NCBI GenBank assembly: GCA_000004695.1
Contig: CM000150.2
Coordinates: 3,552,001-3,616,000 of the forward strand
Source of the DNA: Dictyostelium discoideum
Lineage: Eukaryota
Direction of reading: 5' to 3'
DNA length: 64,000 bases
The notes below the pieces were generated by a model. That model had not been told where the DNA came from, made no database searches, and saw only the letters and a list, made by a program, of their open reading frames with translations. The translations under genes were made by a program, and so were the position numbers. How positions within the stretch are numbered: the first letter of the stretch is position 1; each line of letters opens with the position of its first letter. Shown one piece after another: positions 39,121 to 52,300 of this stretch.

Positions 39121-42100
39121 AACAAATATTTTTCTAATAGCTTTTTTATGGTATCGGTAATACTGTTGATTATTGCGGAGAACAAGTGGGATCAGTCCCT
39201 GGTGTAGATTATCAAGCTTGTCAATATCTCAGTGGTCTTGTTATTCAAGTCGGTAGTTTAAAAAATACATCAATGATTCTTAATAAGGATGGTATAAGTA
39301 TATATCAAACCTCACCATTCGATTTAACCAAAGTGTGCCAAAATACAAGATATCAAAGAGTAAACATTTTAAATATGGTATGTGATCCAACAGCAACAAA
39401 TGATGTGGTTAGCGCTACTGAGACTGCCAACGATTGGGCATGTGAATATACAATCGAAATTAAAACTAAATATGAATGTTCAATTAATTATGCACCAGTA
39501 TTACCGGTTGTTGGAAATCCATGTTCATACAGTTGTACACCACCAGGTGCTTTAAATCCAAAAGATATAGTTAGTGTACTTTTAAATTTAGGTGTTTGTT
39601 CTCAGAGATTAATAAATATGGTACAGGTGCAATCATTACTTAATATATTTAAAGATACTTGGGTTTCAAATCACAATGGGTATGATGATTGGATGGGTGG
39701 ACAACTTTATTCACTATTATTAACAGGTAAACCACAGTCAACAATTTCACCATATGTTATTTCAATTACACATGATAATTTAAGTACATATGGTACCAAT
39801 GGGTTAAGTAAAGCAAAAAATTCAATCAATGATTTTCTTACTATTACAAATGATCTTCTTGAAATTTCAAATCGTGCAGCCAGTTCAACCGTTACCAAAT
39901 ATACATATTCAGATGGAGCAATTACATAAACTTTTATCAACATCAACTGGAGGTCTTGCAATTATTAAATACAAAAATTTGCTATGCTACTATTCAATAG
40001 TCCCAAATTTACAAACTTTAATTATTGGGAGTTATTTGCTTTCTTGCCCATATTATTCACTACCAACTATACAGTGCACAGTTTAACACCATCAATAGGG
40101 AAAGTTGGAGATACTATCACAATTAATGGTCAAAATTTAGATACAGATATATATGATGTTTATTTCAACATTATTGATGACAACAGTAAAATTAAAGCAA
40201 CAATAACATCAAGAACCGTAAGTTTTGTAAAAGTAATTGTTCCAAATGGTTTTGGTTATGCATTAGTCTACACTCAAAATATACTTAATCCAACTACCTC
40301 TGATAAACTTTCATTTTCATATCCATCACCAGCGATTGTCAAAGTAATTAGTCAACCATTTAGTACAGATATCATCAATAGATTCTTTGTTATTGGTCAA
40401 AACCATCGTTCTTTAATAACCAATATTGTTATTAATCCATACATCGATAATATTGAAAAAGAAGCAATTTATTGTGAAATTGTTGTCGGTAAACAAGCGT
40501 CAAAGACTATATATCCAAGTGATTTAGATGAAAATCCAACAAATTATAATTTATATTATTATCCCCCAGCAGTTGTTGACATATCAGAAGTTTCAACTGA
40601 TGGTGGTGAAGTTATAATAAAAGGTACAAATTTTATTCCAGCCTCGCTTAAAGATCAAATTAATAATCAACCAATAATCGGTTCACCACATTCAGTAGAG
40701 TTTAATAATGTTTTATCTTCATCATGGACATGGATTGATTCAACACATGTAGAAGCCATCGTACAAAAAGGTATTGGTACAATCTCTACAATTGTAAATG
40801 TTGGTGGTCAAAGATCTGATTTAAATCCAATTCCTGTAAATTTTTACAAAAGACCTGAACTAGATAATAAAAAATATGAAAACTTTGCAAATAGTGATAT
40901 TTTAATAACTGGTTCTAATTTTGTGCCAGTTGGTTTTTCAGCAGGTTCATCAAGTTCTGTCAAAATTGGAGGTATTCCCTGTAACTCTGTAACATGGGTA
41001 GATTCAAAATCTGTTATTTGTAATGTGCCAATTGGAACTGGTGATAATTTAAATATCATCAAAAAACCGAATTAAATGATTATTTCTCATATTTAGGGCA
41101 ATGCGATTTCCTCTGTAGCGATTTATCAAATTTAGTAAGTTTTTAAACATTTTAATTACAGAAAAAAAAAAAAAAACTAAAAAATACTAATTTATTATCA
41201 TTTTTATCTCAAAGGAATTAGCAAAAGTTATTAGAGAGAATAAAAAAGATTTAAAGAGTACTCTTTTATTAACAGGTGTATGTTTAGAACAAATCGAGCA
41301 ATATAATTTCACAGATATTAATGATGAAATTGAATCAAGTTGGATTGAAAACTCAATTATTAATGATTGGACAAGTGGTAAATTCTATAATTATTTTAAA
41401 TCATCAGAATCATACTCAACAGTTAAAACACTTGCAAAATATATTACTCCAAAGAATCCATGTATTTATGATAATAAAAGAGTAAAGAATTCATTAGATT
41501 ACCATTTTGAAATCAATTCAGATATTTTCCATTTAATTGAACTTTCAATTTCATCAAAAATCAGTTATCCAGATTCACCATATGAAACTTATTTCTATGA
41601 ATCATCAAGCAACCCAGAGTATGGTCTTTCAATTATTACATTTGATTCAGCAATTTGTAGCTTTACAGAATCAACTATTCAAGACTATCAAAGTGGAAAA
41701 GAATTACAATCATGTTCAATCATTCCAATTATAAATCAAGTAATTAATCCAACAACAACACTTCAAGCACCATATCAATATTCACTTACAATTATTGGTA
41801 GATTATTTGATAGTTCAACTAGAATATTTTTATCAGGTTATGAATGTCCAATCATTGGTAATATCGCTACTAATCAAAATGATTATATTCAAACTCTTAG
41901 TTGTTCAGTACCACCAGAAATCGAATCATACTCGCCCTCTCAAATTAGTTTTTACAATGATTATAGTGAAAATAATATATAGAATATGAAGATGGATCTG
42001 ATGAAATTGTTGTTAAATTTAATAATGAACCAACAGCTATCATTGAAAACACAGAAACATACATTAAAATTAAAACCCTTAGTGGTGATGAATTTAATGT

Positions 42101-43487
42101 ACCAATTGCTGTAGAATTAAACGGTCAAATAAGTAATACAGATACTTCATTCGTTTACTCAAATCCAATAATTGAAAGTGTAACACCATCATCAAGTAGC
42201 TCAAAATCAAATACTAATATCATCATTAAAGGACAAAATCTTGGATATTTAACAAACACTCCCAAAATTACAATTGGAAGTAGTAATTGTTTAAATATCA
42301 AAACTATATCTCCAAATGAAATTCATCGTTATGAAATCAAGCGCAGGCACTAAACAATTAACATTAACCTATGAAAGTTATCAACCAACCTATTCACAAT
42401 TCACTCACAAAAACGATGATGACAGTGATAGCCACGATGATGATGATGATGACCATAAAAACAATAATGGACCAAAAAACACCATATTAAGTATTCTTGG
42501 AGGTATAATTGGAGCAGCAGCATCAGCGGCCGTAAGTGGATTTATAACAAGCATTTTCGGTGGTGCGACATCAGTAGCTACAGCAGCAGCAACAGCAACA
42601 GCTATTGCCGGTGCAATTACCGAAGGTGTTGCAGTGGCCTTTACAGGGGTATCAGTAATAGCAGCAACAGCAGGTGGTATTGTTATTACTTCAATTGTAA
42701 CAGCAACAGCCATCCTTATTTCAGGTGGAAGTACACAATCACCAAACCCAACGCCAACCGATAACTATTGGGTAAGATGTATGGTCGATTATTCAAGATT
42801 AACTTTACAAGTCGATAATCTTTACGGTCAAGATATAGTATGGATTGATGGTAATGGAATTTCATCAATTTTCAAAGAATCATTCTCTTGTAAACCTGAC
42901 CTTATTAACGATGGTATGATATGCACTCAACAACATCAAAATGGAACAAATTCAACAACCACATTTGGTAATTCAACATTAATTTGTCATATTGACCCAA
43001 CAAAATCATGTGAAATTTCACCACCATTCATCATACCATCCGATCCAATTGAAGATGATGAATATTCAAATATTTTAGAATGTCAATATAATCTCATTGA
43101 AAATTCATTATCAACACACTCTAATAATAGTCCATTAAGATGTTATAATAATGAAACTGAAAATTACTTCACTATGAATACTACACTTTCATGCTCAAAA
43201 GATGAATCATTAAGTCAAGATAAATATACGATTTCTTGTTTATCAGATACAGATGATACCCAAATCTTTTTCTATAAGAACTCAATTACATGCATTACAG
43301 ATTATCCATACTATAAATGTACAATAAAAATTAGTTAACGACTGGAACTAATGCTGAATGTCCAAAAAATGAAAAAGAACTTCATTATGATCTTTCAACT
43401 TCTCTAACATGCACAGATTATATCACACTTAAAAACTCCACTTATTCAATTTCATATTCAAATTACATTTGCATTAAAACAAAATAA
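37156..43487 (+). pseudogene. Degenerate, internally deleted copy of the giant MRH/IPT-repeat gene (paralog of 47415..57732)
   Basis: Colinear with 47.4-57.7 kb at roughly 85-95% nt identity. Defects: corrupted start and signal peptide (ATGTTTTTTTTAAATCAT...TAA); 17 nt deletion in exon 1; 1 nt deletion in exon 2; 11 nt deletion after ...SDGAIT; missing roughly 480 nt IPT unit; loss of roughly 3.9 kb of IPT repeats (joins at 41990); 22 nt and roughly 100 nt deletions near the 3' end. Only fragment ORFs remain. Confidence 0.75.
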
Positions 43488-43512
43488 AAACAATTAAAAA
43501 ATTTTAAAAAAC

Positions 43513-43592
43513 AAAATGATATAATAATTTAATGAAATAATTTAATTACTATTTTTACTATTTTTATTTTCGAAAAACTGTAATTAAATTAT
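43513..43592. repeat. Perfect 23 bp inverted repeat (ATTTAATGAAATAATTTAATTAC / GTAATTAAATTATTTCATTAAAT) with 31 bp spacer
   Basis: Read directly. Lies between the convergent 3' ends of the IPT pseudogene (+) and DNase paralog 2 (-). Confidence 0.8.
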
Positions 43593-43721
43593 TTCATTAA
43601 ATCATTATGTCACACCACCCAAAATTCAATTCTGAAAACTTTTTTTTTTATTTAATTACCCTTAATAAAAAATTAAATGTGAAAATAAATGTTATATTTA
43701 TTTTAGTATTGTTTTTTTTTT

Positions 43722-45990
43722 TTATTTCTTAGTGCACCATTTGGTTTTATCTAATTTTGAAAACTAAAAAAAAAAAAAAAATTTATTTTTGGAATTAGTT
43801 AAATTTAAAAAAAAATAAATTTTTGGGATAGTTAAATTTAAAAAAAAATTTAAATTAAAATATAATTAATACTTACATCTTTGGTATATTCACCCAAAAC
43901 TTTTGTAAATTCCTCAATGGAATTGATGTTTTGTAGATCACCATGTTTATTTTCAGTTAAGAGAATACAATAGATAAGATGATCTTGGCAATCTGGATGA
44001 TAATTAATGATTTTTGAGTCTGTATCACTTGGATAAGCTTTACATATTTTTTTATTAATTTCATTGTAATCCTTATCATCATGACCTTCTTCGCTATCAC
44101 TTTGATCGCCTTCGATTTTATTTGGGAATTTAAATGGTTCTAAATCATCTTTGATTTTAACTTCTTTCAATTGAATGATGTTTTCATTTTTAATAAATTT
44201 CAATTTTTTATAAAGTTCTTTTACTAAATCAATATTTTTTAAATCGATATATATCTTATCTGGGAAAGGTGCGAGTATTGATGTTGGTTCGATAACGGTA
44301 TTTTGTGTTATAGCAGTTATCGTTTCTTTACCATCTTTATTTTTTGATGAGGTAACTGTTAATGTTGATTCAACATAGATATCTTTAAACAATTGGTAAG
44401 ATTTGGATTTTTCAAAGCTACAAGTGACATCATCATTATCATCACATAAAATAATTTCCCCATTGATTGATGGAAACACATTGAAATCGAATAACTCTGA
44501 TTTGTATTCATTTGTAGTTTGATCCTTAAGTTGAGTTAATAATGGAATGTAAACATTGTCATAACCATAGTTATATTCATTTGAAAATAATTTATCTTCA
44601 TCTTTTTCATTATTGTAAACGATAATAAATGGATTCAAATGATAGTATTTTTCATCATCTCCATAACCTTTAACCTTGGTTTCAAAGTCTAACTTTCTGT
44701 TACCTAAAATTTTATTTAGATCCTTTGGATATTTAGCTATTAATCCGTTTAAATTCAACTTTTGACCTGCAATGCTATTTAATCTTAATGATTCTTTTTT
44801 AAGATATTGATTATTCTCTGGGTGTCTAATTATACCAACTCTTCTATAAAAGTATTCAGAAAGATATTTCATTTTATCACTGCAAAAAGCACCACCTCCA
44901 CGTGACTCTTGCTTTCCTTGCCAATTTAAATCACCAAAGCAAATAGTCCCACCACCGCCACCGCTATCTACTTTATCTATATTATTGAATTGATAAGAAA
45001 TTTTTGAATGGTCACTTCCTGAATCAGCACTAATAACTTTTGACCAAGGTGTTTCGAATCTGTAAGAAAGATAAATTGATTCAACTGCTTGAGAAATTGC
45101 ATTTTCACCTTTTGTAATCTTTGTTTGAGTATGGACCATTGTTTTAAAATTATTACCATTTTTAAAATTATCTATATAATGCCAAATTATAAAAAATTTA
45201 ATTTTTTCCTTGTGAGTTTCTTCAATTTTTTCATTATACTTTTTATAAAGGTTTTTATTTGTTGTTTGAATGAAGTAATCCCCTTTATTTTTACTCTCAT
45301 AAATTTTATTATAGTGAACATTTGTTTCTTTAGGTTTTAGAGTTAAATCTGATGATGTAATATCTTCGTTTAGAATTAATTTTGCCTATTTTAAGAATGT
45401 AAGTATGATGATTTATTAACACAAATTTATAATTAAAATTACTTACCAATTGTGACCATTTATTTAAATAAATAATTCCATTCCATATATCAGGATCACC
45501 ATCATTCTTTTTTTTAACCAAAATATAATCACTCATTAGACCATCCAATTTTTTAAAAGTTTTGGGAATTTCTTTTGCTAAATTTTCAATTACATCCAAA
45601 TTAATGACTCCTGGGCTTATCTTTTCAACCTCTGTATGGAGATTTTCGGAATAAAGATTGGCTGATGATACCTTTTTAGCCTTTTTACCAAGTCCTGTTG
45701 AAACTGTATTAATGGTTTGAATATTTAAATTACTATAAATAATATACTTTGGAATAATATGAAGTTCTTCTTTTGACAAAGTTATACAAATTGAATGTTG
45801 AGCATGTTGATTATTTAAAGTATCTTTGTCGTAATTAAAAAGAGGTTCATATCCTGTTTCTGGAGATTTTGGAACACTGTGAATTACATGAATTCCCCCT
45901 TCTTCATTCCAAATGAAAAATCCTTTTGCATGTGCCTTTTTTAAATAAATAAATTAAAAAAAAAAAATATGTTAACAAATAATGATAACC

Positions 45991-46021
<31 letters not shown>

Positions 46022-46413
46022 AAATAATAAACACAAACACTATCGGAACCACCACTGATCTGATCATTATAAGTCAAACTATTATATATAATTTTTTTAG
46101 ATTCATTTGGTAAACTCTGTTTGTATGTTGATGTAATAGGGTTTGGTTCTTTTGGATCTCTAATATTATAATTTGCAATTTCATTTATCTCTGAACTTCC
46201 TCCTTTTAATGTGTTATCAGTATAAATAGAACCTTTACTGTGACCTAATTGTTCTAAAAACCACCATTCGACATTCTTTTCTATTGTAACCCCATCCCCA
46301 AATACTTGACCATCCTTGTAAATATTTTTTGTTGTTATACATTTTGGAGGAACACAATAAATATGTGATATTAATACAAATAAATATAGAAAAATAATAT
46401 ATTTATTTCTCAT
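43722..46413 (-). CDS. Secreted DNase II-like nuclease with long C-terminal extension, paralog 2; exons (complement) 46039..46413, 45447..45935, 43877..45385, 43722..43763
   Basis: Same architecture as paralog 1. Signal peptide MRNKYIIFLYLFVLISHIYC. AHAKGFFIWNEEGGIHVIHSVP and DSGSDHSKISY...GGGAFC motifs. GTTTGT, GTAAGT, GTAAGT donors. Terminal micro-exon FSKLDKTKWCTKK*. Confidence 0.75.
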
Positions 46414-46483
46414 TTTCTTAAGTCTAATGTTATAATGTTTCAATTTTTTAATGGTATAAAAAAAAATTGGGTGTGTTTTTGCG

Positions 46484-46514
<31 letters not shown>

Positions 46515-47560
46515 GCTTTGTTGTCAACAAAGAAAAAAACCTAAAATTGGATCATTTAAAATAAAATAAAAAAACGAACGAAAATATTTTTTTTTAATCG
46601 TTTTTAGATGATTTTCCCACTTCTTTGATTATTGAAAATCTTTTAAATATTTTAGATTTTTTTTTTTATTTTTTTCGACCCATTATTTAATAAAAAAAAA
46701 AAATTATAAAAATTACCCCCACAAACCGTTTAGTTTTTTTTTTTTTTTCACAAAGCCTGGTTTTTATTTTTTTTGACACTTTTTAGCTTTGCATCTTTAT
46801 CGCTTTAAATACGTAAAATACAACATTTTTTTTAAAAAAAAAAAAAAAGTATGGTTAAAAAAAAAAAAAAATCATACTGAAATTAAAAAAAAAATGGTAA
46901 AATTTAAAATAGTTATATCATTTTTATTATTTATTTTATATTTTAATTGTTTCACATTTGGTAGTCATGTGTTTTTTATATTAATACAAATAAATATAAA
47001 AAAATAATATATTTATTTCTCATTTAAATTTTTTAATGGTAAAAAAATTGGGTGTTTTTTGTGAAAAAAAAAAAAAAATAGCCTTTTTGTGAAAAAAAAA
47101 GAAAAAAAAAAATCTAAAATTGGATCATTGAAAAAATAAAATAAAAAACGAACGAAAATTTTTTTTTAATCGTTTTTAGATGATTTTTCCACTCCTTTTA
47201 TTATTGAATCTTTTTGAACATTTTTCTACCGCTTGGTTTTTTTTTTTTTTACAAAGCTTTGCTAGTTTTTATTTTTTTTTTACACTTTTTAGCTTTGCAT
47301 CTTTAAAACTTTAAAATACGTTTTGGAAAATACTATATTTTTTTTTTTCAATCAACCACACTCTTTTTTTTTTTTTTTTTAAAAAAAATAATCATATTGA
47401 AATTAAAAAAAAAAATGGTAAAATTTAAAATAGTTGTATCATTTTTATTATTTATTTTATATTGTAATTGTTTCACATTTGGTAGTTACACATTTGATAC
47501 AAAAAATTGGTCAACAAATGGTACACTATCATCATGTGTTTTTTATGATTTTGTAAATAA
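46395..47560. repeat. Tandem duplication (about 590 bp unit) of the bidirectional promoter region plus the 5' ends of both flanking genes
   Basis: 46850-47040 holds a second copy of the giant-gene start (ATGGTAAAATTTAAAATAGTTATATCATTTTTATTATTTATTTTATATTTTAATTGTTTCACATTTGGTAGTCA) fused head-to-head to a second copy of the DNase 5' end (reverse of ATGAGAAATAAATATATTATTTTT...). The intergenic block (AAAATTGGGTGT...CGAACGAAAAT...AATCGTTTTTAGATGATTTT) occurs twice. Junction ORF 46789..47007 is a by-product. Confidence 0.7.
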
Positions 47561-49250
47561 CGATTATTATGATTTAAGAGCTATTGTCATACCTGATCAT
47601 CAAGGTGCTTACAGAGCAAGTTTCACAGCTGAACTTTCTGGTGGAATTCAAACACCATATACAATATATTTTAATCCTTGTTTTAATGATCATATGTGTC
47701 CAGGTGGTCTTTCAGTAGGTTGTACTTTTATTGTACAAAATTCACAAAGAGTTCTTAATTCTGTTGGTTTACTTTCAGAATCTCATTTTGTTACATTTAG
47801 AACAGATGGTATTACTATTAAATATCAATCAGCTCTTTTACCATCAACAACATGTGCCTCTAATGGTAACCGTAGAACTATGATTTTAGTTATCACTTGT
47901 GATCCAAATGAACCATTTAAAGTTACAAGTACTTATAACAGAAGAGTGTTATGTGAACATACAATTTATATCGCTTCAAAATTAGTATGCAAAAATAGAG
48001 GAGTATTATTTAATCAAGGTCTATTTTATGATTTAACACCAATGAAATTGTAAGTTATTTAATTCTTTTTCATATTTATTTTTTTTTATTTTTTTTTTTT
48101 TAAAATAATTATCCAAAAATAAAAAAAAAAAAAAAAGGATCAAACACGAAATTTCAAAATAAAAAAATCTAATCTTTTTTCACTTTTTTTTATTTTTTTT
48201 TAATTTTTTTATTTTTATTTTTTTTTCCCACAGATTAACAAGCACTTCACACCAAATCACCAATGATGACCAAACAAAAGATATTCTCTTTAATTTATTC
48301 GGAAATGTAAATAGATGTGGTACTTTCGGTACATCAACATTAAGTTATCAATCATGTATTTTAACAGTTGCTAATAAAGCGATCGATTATAAACTAGATT
48401 CAAGATATGCAACATCACCAAAATCAGTTATGGTAGGATCTCTCAGTCAACCAAGAACAATTACATTTACAAATGATGGAATAACTATAATTTATAGTTC
48501 AACAACTGGTTTCACAGAATGCTCATCAAATGGTAACAAATATTCATCAAAGTATATTTTAATTTGTGATCCATTCACAGAATATTATGTAGATAAATTT
48601 ACATTAGAATCACAATGTATTTATCAAATTAAGGTTTATACTAAATACGCATGTCCAACATTACGTTTATTCAAAGAATCACAATATTATGACCTTTCAC
48701 CATTGATGTTGTAAGTATTCAATTTAATTAAAAAACCTTTTTAATGTTTTATTCTTGCACTTCTAACAATTATTAATAATAAAATAAATAATAGGGATTC
48801 AACAAGAAATTATACAACAGGTCATATTACAGGCGGATATGAATATAATATTGTATTCAATATTGGTAATAAAGCACAAATGTGTAGCGATGCATTTAAT
48901 GATTATTATTTTGCTTGTCAATATGACCCACGTTCTAAAAGTTTTATTCCACTTGCAAAGGCAAGTTTAGGTCAAAGAGTAACATTTGATTTAAATCAAG
49001 TTAAATTCGAATATACTTCACCAACAACAACTAGTTGCCCATTAAATTCCAATAAAAGAACTTTTATTATTGTTTTAAATTGTGATGAAAACCAACATTA
49101 TCAATTAGTTTCAACTTTAGAATCTCCTGTATGTGTATATACAGTAACAATTAAAACTAAATATGTATGTGAATCAACAATTTATTACAATAGAATTAAT
49201 ACTACCTTTTATGATATTACTCCAATAAAAACGTAAGTTTTAAATTAAAT

Positions 49251-49336
<86 letters not shown>

Positions 49337-52300
49337 CTTTATTAACAACCAAAACTATTAATTTTAATTAGAACGAAAGATAGTCCAAAAACTGTAGATA
49401 TTGTTGTTGGTGGATATCCATATAAAGTAAGGGATAATTTTTAAAATTTTTTTTTTTTTTGTTTTTTTTTTTTTAAACAAACATCAAACGTGTCAAACTG
49501 AAATTTAAATATTTTATGTATATATTTAAAAATATTTACTAACTTTACTTTATTAATTTTTTATAACAGCTTTATTACAGTATAGGTAATACTGTTAATT
49601 ATTGTGCAAATCAAGTGGAGTCAGTTCCAGGGGTTGATTATCAAGCTTGTCAATATCTCAGCGGTCTTGTTATTCAAGTCGGTAGTTTAAAAAATACATC
49701 AATGTATCTAAGTAATAATGGTATAAATATATATCATACTACACCATTTGATTTAACCAGAGTATGCCAAAATACAAGATATCAAAGAGTGAACTCTTTA
49801 AATATGGTATGTGATACAACAGCAATAAACGTTGTGGTTAGCGCGACTGAGACTGCCGATGATTGGGCATGTATATATACAATCGAAATTAAAACCAAAT
49901 ATGCATGTCCAATTAATTATGCACCAGTATTGCCAGCTGTTGGAAATCCATGTTTATACAGTTGTACACCACCAGGTGCTTTAAATACAAAAGATATAGT
50001 TAGTGTACTTTTAAATTTGGGCGTTTGTTTCTCAGAGATTAATAAATATGGTACAGGTGCACAATCATTACTTGGTATATTCAACAATACTTGGGTTTTA
50101 AACCACAATGGATATGATGATTGGATGGGTGGACAACTTTATTCACTATTATTAACAGGTAAACCACAAACATCGATTTCACCATATGTTATTTCAATTA
50201 CACATGATAATTTATGTACATATGGTACCAATGGGTTAAGTAAAGCAAAAAATTCAATCAATGATTTTCTTACTATTACAAATGATCTTCTTGAAATTTC
50301 AAATCGTGCAGCCAGTTCAACCGTTACCAAATATACATATTCAGATGGAGCAATAACATTATCAACACATAAACTTTTATCAACATCAACTGGAGGTCTT
50401 GCAATTATTAAATACAAAAATTTGCTATGCTACTATTCAATAGTTTCAAATTTACAAACTTTAGTTATTTCGAATTATTTGCTTTCATGTCCATATTATT
50501 CACCAACCATTACATTGTACAGTTTAACACCACCAACAGGGAAAATTGGAGATACTATCACAATTAATGGCCAAAATTTAGATACAAATAGATATGATGT
50601 TTATTTCAACATAATTGACGACAACAGTAAAGTCAAAGCAACAATAACATCAAGAACCGTAAATTCTGTAAAAGTAATTGTTCCAAATGGTTTTGGTAAT
50701 GCATTAGTCTACACTCAAAATATACTTAATCCAACTACCTCTGATAAACTTTCATTTTCATATCCATCACCAGCGATTGTCAAAGTAATTAGTCAACCAT
50801 TTAGTACAGATATCATCAATAGATTCTTTGTTATTGGTCAAAACCATCGTTCTTTAATAACCAATATCACCATTTATCCATACATCGATAATATTGAAAA
50901 AGAAGCAATTTATTGTGAAATTGAAAAGTATTGTCCAAGTTCATCAAAAATTCCATCAATTCCAGAATCAGCAGTAGGTCATCCATGTATTAATTCAACA
51001 GTTTACTCTGAGAATTCCCAGTTTTTCGATTATTCCAAGTATGATGTTTTTGTTTGTATCAAATCATCATTAGGTGTTGGAAGTGGTATCATTAAATTCC
51101 CATCACAAACATTTACATTTGCATACTCTTATAAAGCACCTCTCTTATATTATACACAACCTGGCATTCGTATTCCAACCGATGGTGGTAGTTTTCAATT
51201 GAGTGGTAAAAACTTTCCACCAACACAAGAAATCATTGATCTCGGTTTAAACACATCTGTAATCATTTGGAATAATGATAATTTTGTTACATTCAAAGGA
51301 ACAAATCTTACAAGCACCAATATCAATTGGAAGAGTTCTAAATCGATTTTATGTGTTGCACCACCAGGTTTCGGTGGACCATTCATCGTTACGGTAACTG
51401 TCGGTAAACAAGCGTCAAAAACTATATATCCAAGTGATTTAAATGAAAATCCAATAGATTATTATTTATATTATTCTCCACCAACTTTGCTCGACATATT
51501 AGCAGTTCCAACTGATGGTGGGGAAACTATAATAAAAGGTACAAATTTTATTCCAGTCTCGCTTGCAGATCAAATTAATAATCAATCATTAATTGGTTCA
51601 CCAAATTCAGTCACGTTTAATAATGTTTTATCTTCATCATGGAAATGGATTAACTCAACACATGTAAAAGCCATCGTACAAAAAGGTATTGGAGCAATCC
51701 TTACAATTGTAAATGTTGGAAGCCAAAGTACTGAAACGAGTCCATATCCCGTAATTTTTTATAAACAACCTGAATTAGATAATAAAAAATATGAAAACTT
51801 TGCAAATAGTAATATTTTAATAACTGGTTCTAATTTTGTACCAGTTGGTGTTTCAGCAGGTTCATCAAGTTCTGTCAAAATTGGAGGTATTCCTTGTAAC
51901 TCTGTAACATGGGTAGATTCAAAATCTGTTATTTGTAATGTACCAATTGGAACTGGTGATAATTTAAATATCCAAGTAACAGTTGGAGGTCAACAAACCG
52001 AATTAAATGATTATTTCTCATATTTAGGGCAATGCGATTTCCTCTGTAGCGATTTATCAAATTTAGTAAGTTTTTAAACATTTTAATTACAGAAAAAAAA
52101 AAAAAAACTAAAAAATACTAATTTTTTACATTATAATCTCAAAGGAATTAGAAAAAGTTATTAGAGAAAATAAAAAAGATTTAAAGAGTACTCTTTTATT
52201 AACAGGTGTATGTTTAGAACAAATCGAGCAATATAATCTCACATATATTAAAAATAAAATTGAATCAAGTTGGATTGGAAGTTCAATTATTAATGATTGG

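Noticed and set aside
39707-40086. ORFs 39707..39961(-), 39829..40086(+), and equivalents 50139..50417(-), 49917..50108(-), 51195..51386(-)
   Set aside because: Antisense or alternate frames within the IPT-repeat gene and pseudogene.
41537-41989. ORFs 41537..41734(+), 41795..41989(+), and 52467..52664, 52725..52970
   Set aside because: TTG-initiated alternate-frame ORFs. The true exon frame (52145..53178 and pseudogene counterpart) is a different, start-codon-free frame.
42405-42713. 102 aa Ala/Val-rich ORF (-) and its counterpart 56463..56813(-)
   Set aside because: Antisense of the Ala/Thr/Gly-rich hydrophobic segment (GCN codons read on the opposite strand).
45089-45340. 83 aa ORF (+) and counterpart 59564..59797
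   Set aside because: Antisense to DNase exon 3 in AT-rich sequence. Phe/Ile-rich.
46789-47007. 72 aa ORF containing MVKFKIVISFLLFILYFNCFTFG
   Set aside because: By-product of the tandem duplication junction. It is fused to reversed DNase 5' sequence and terminates immediately.
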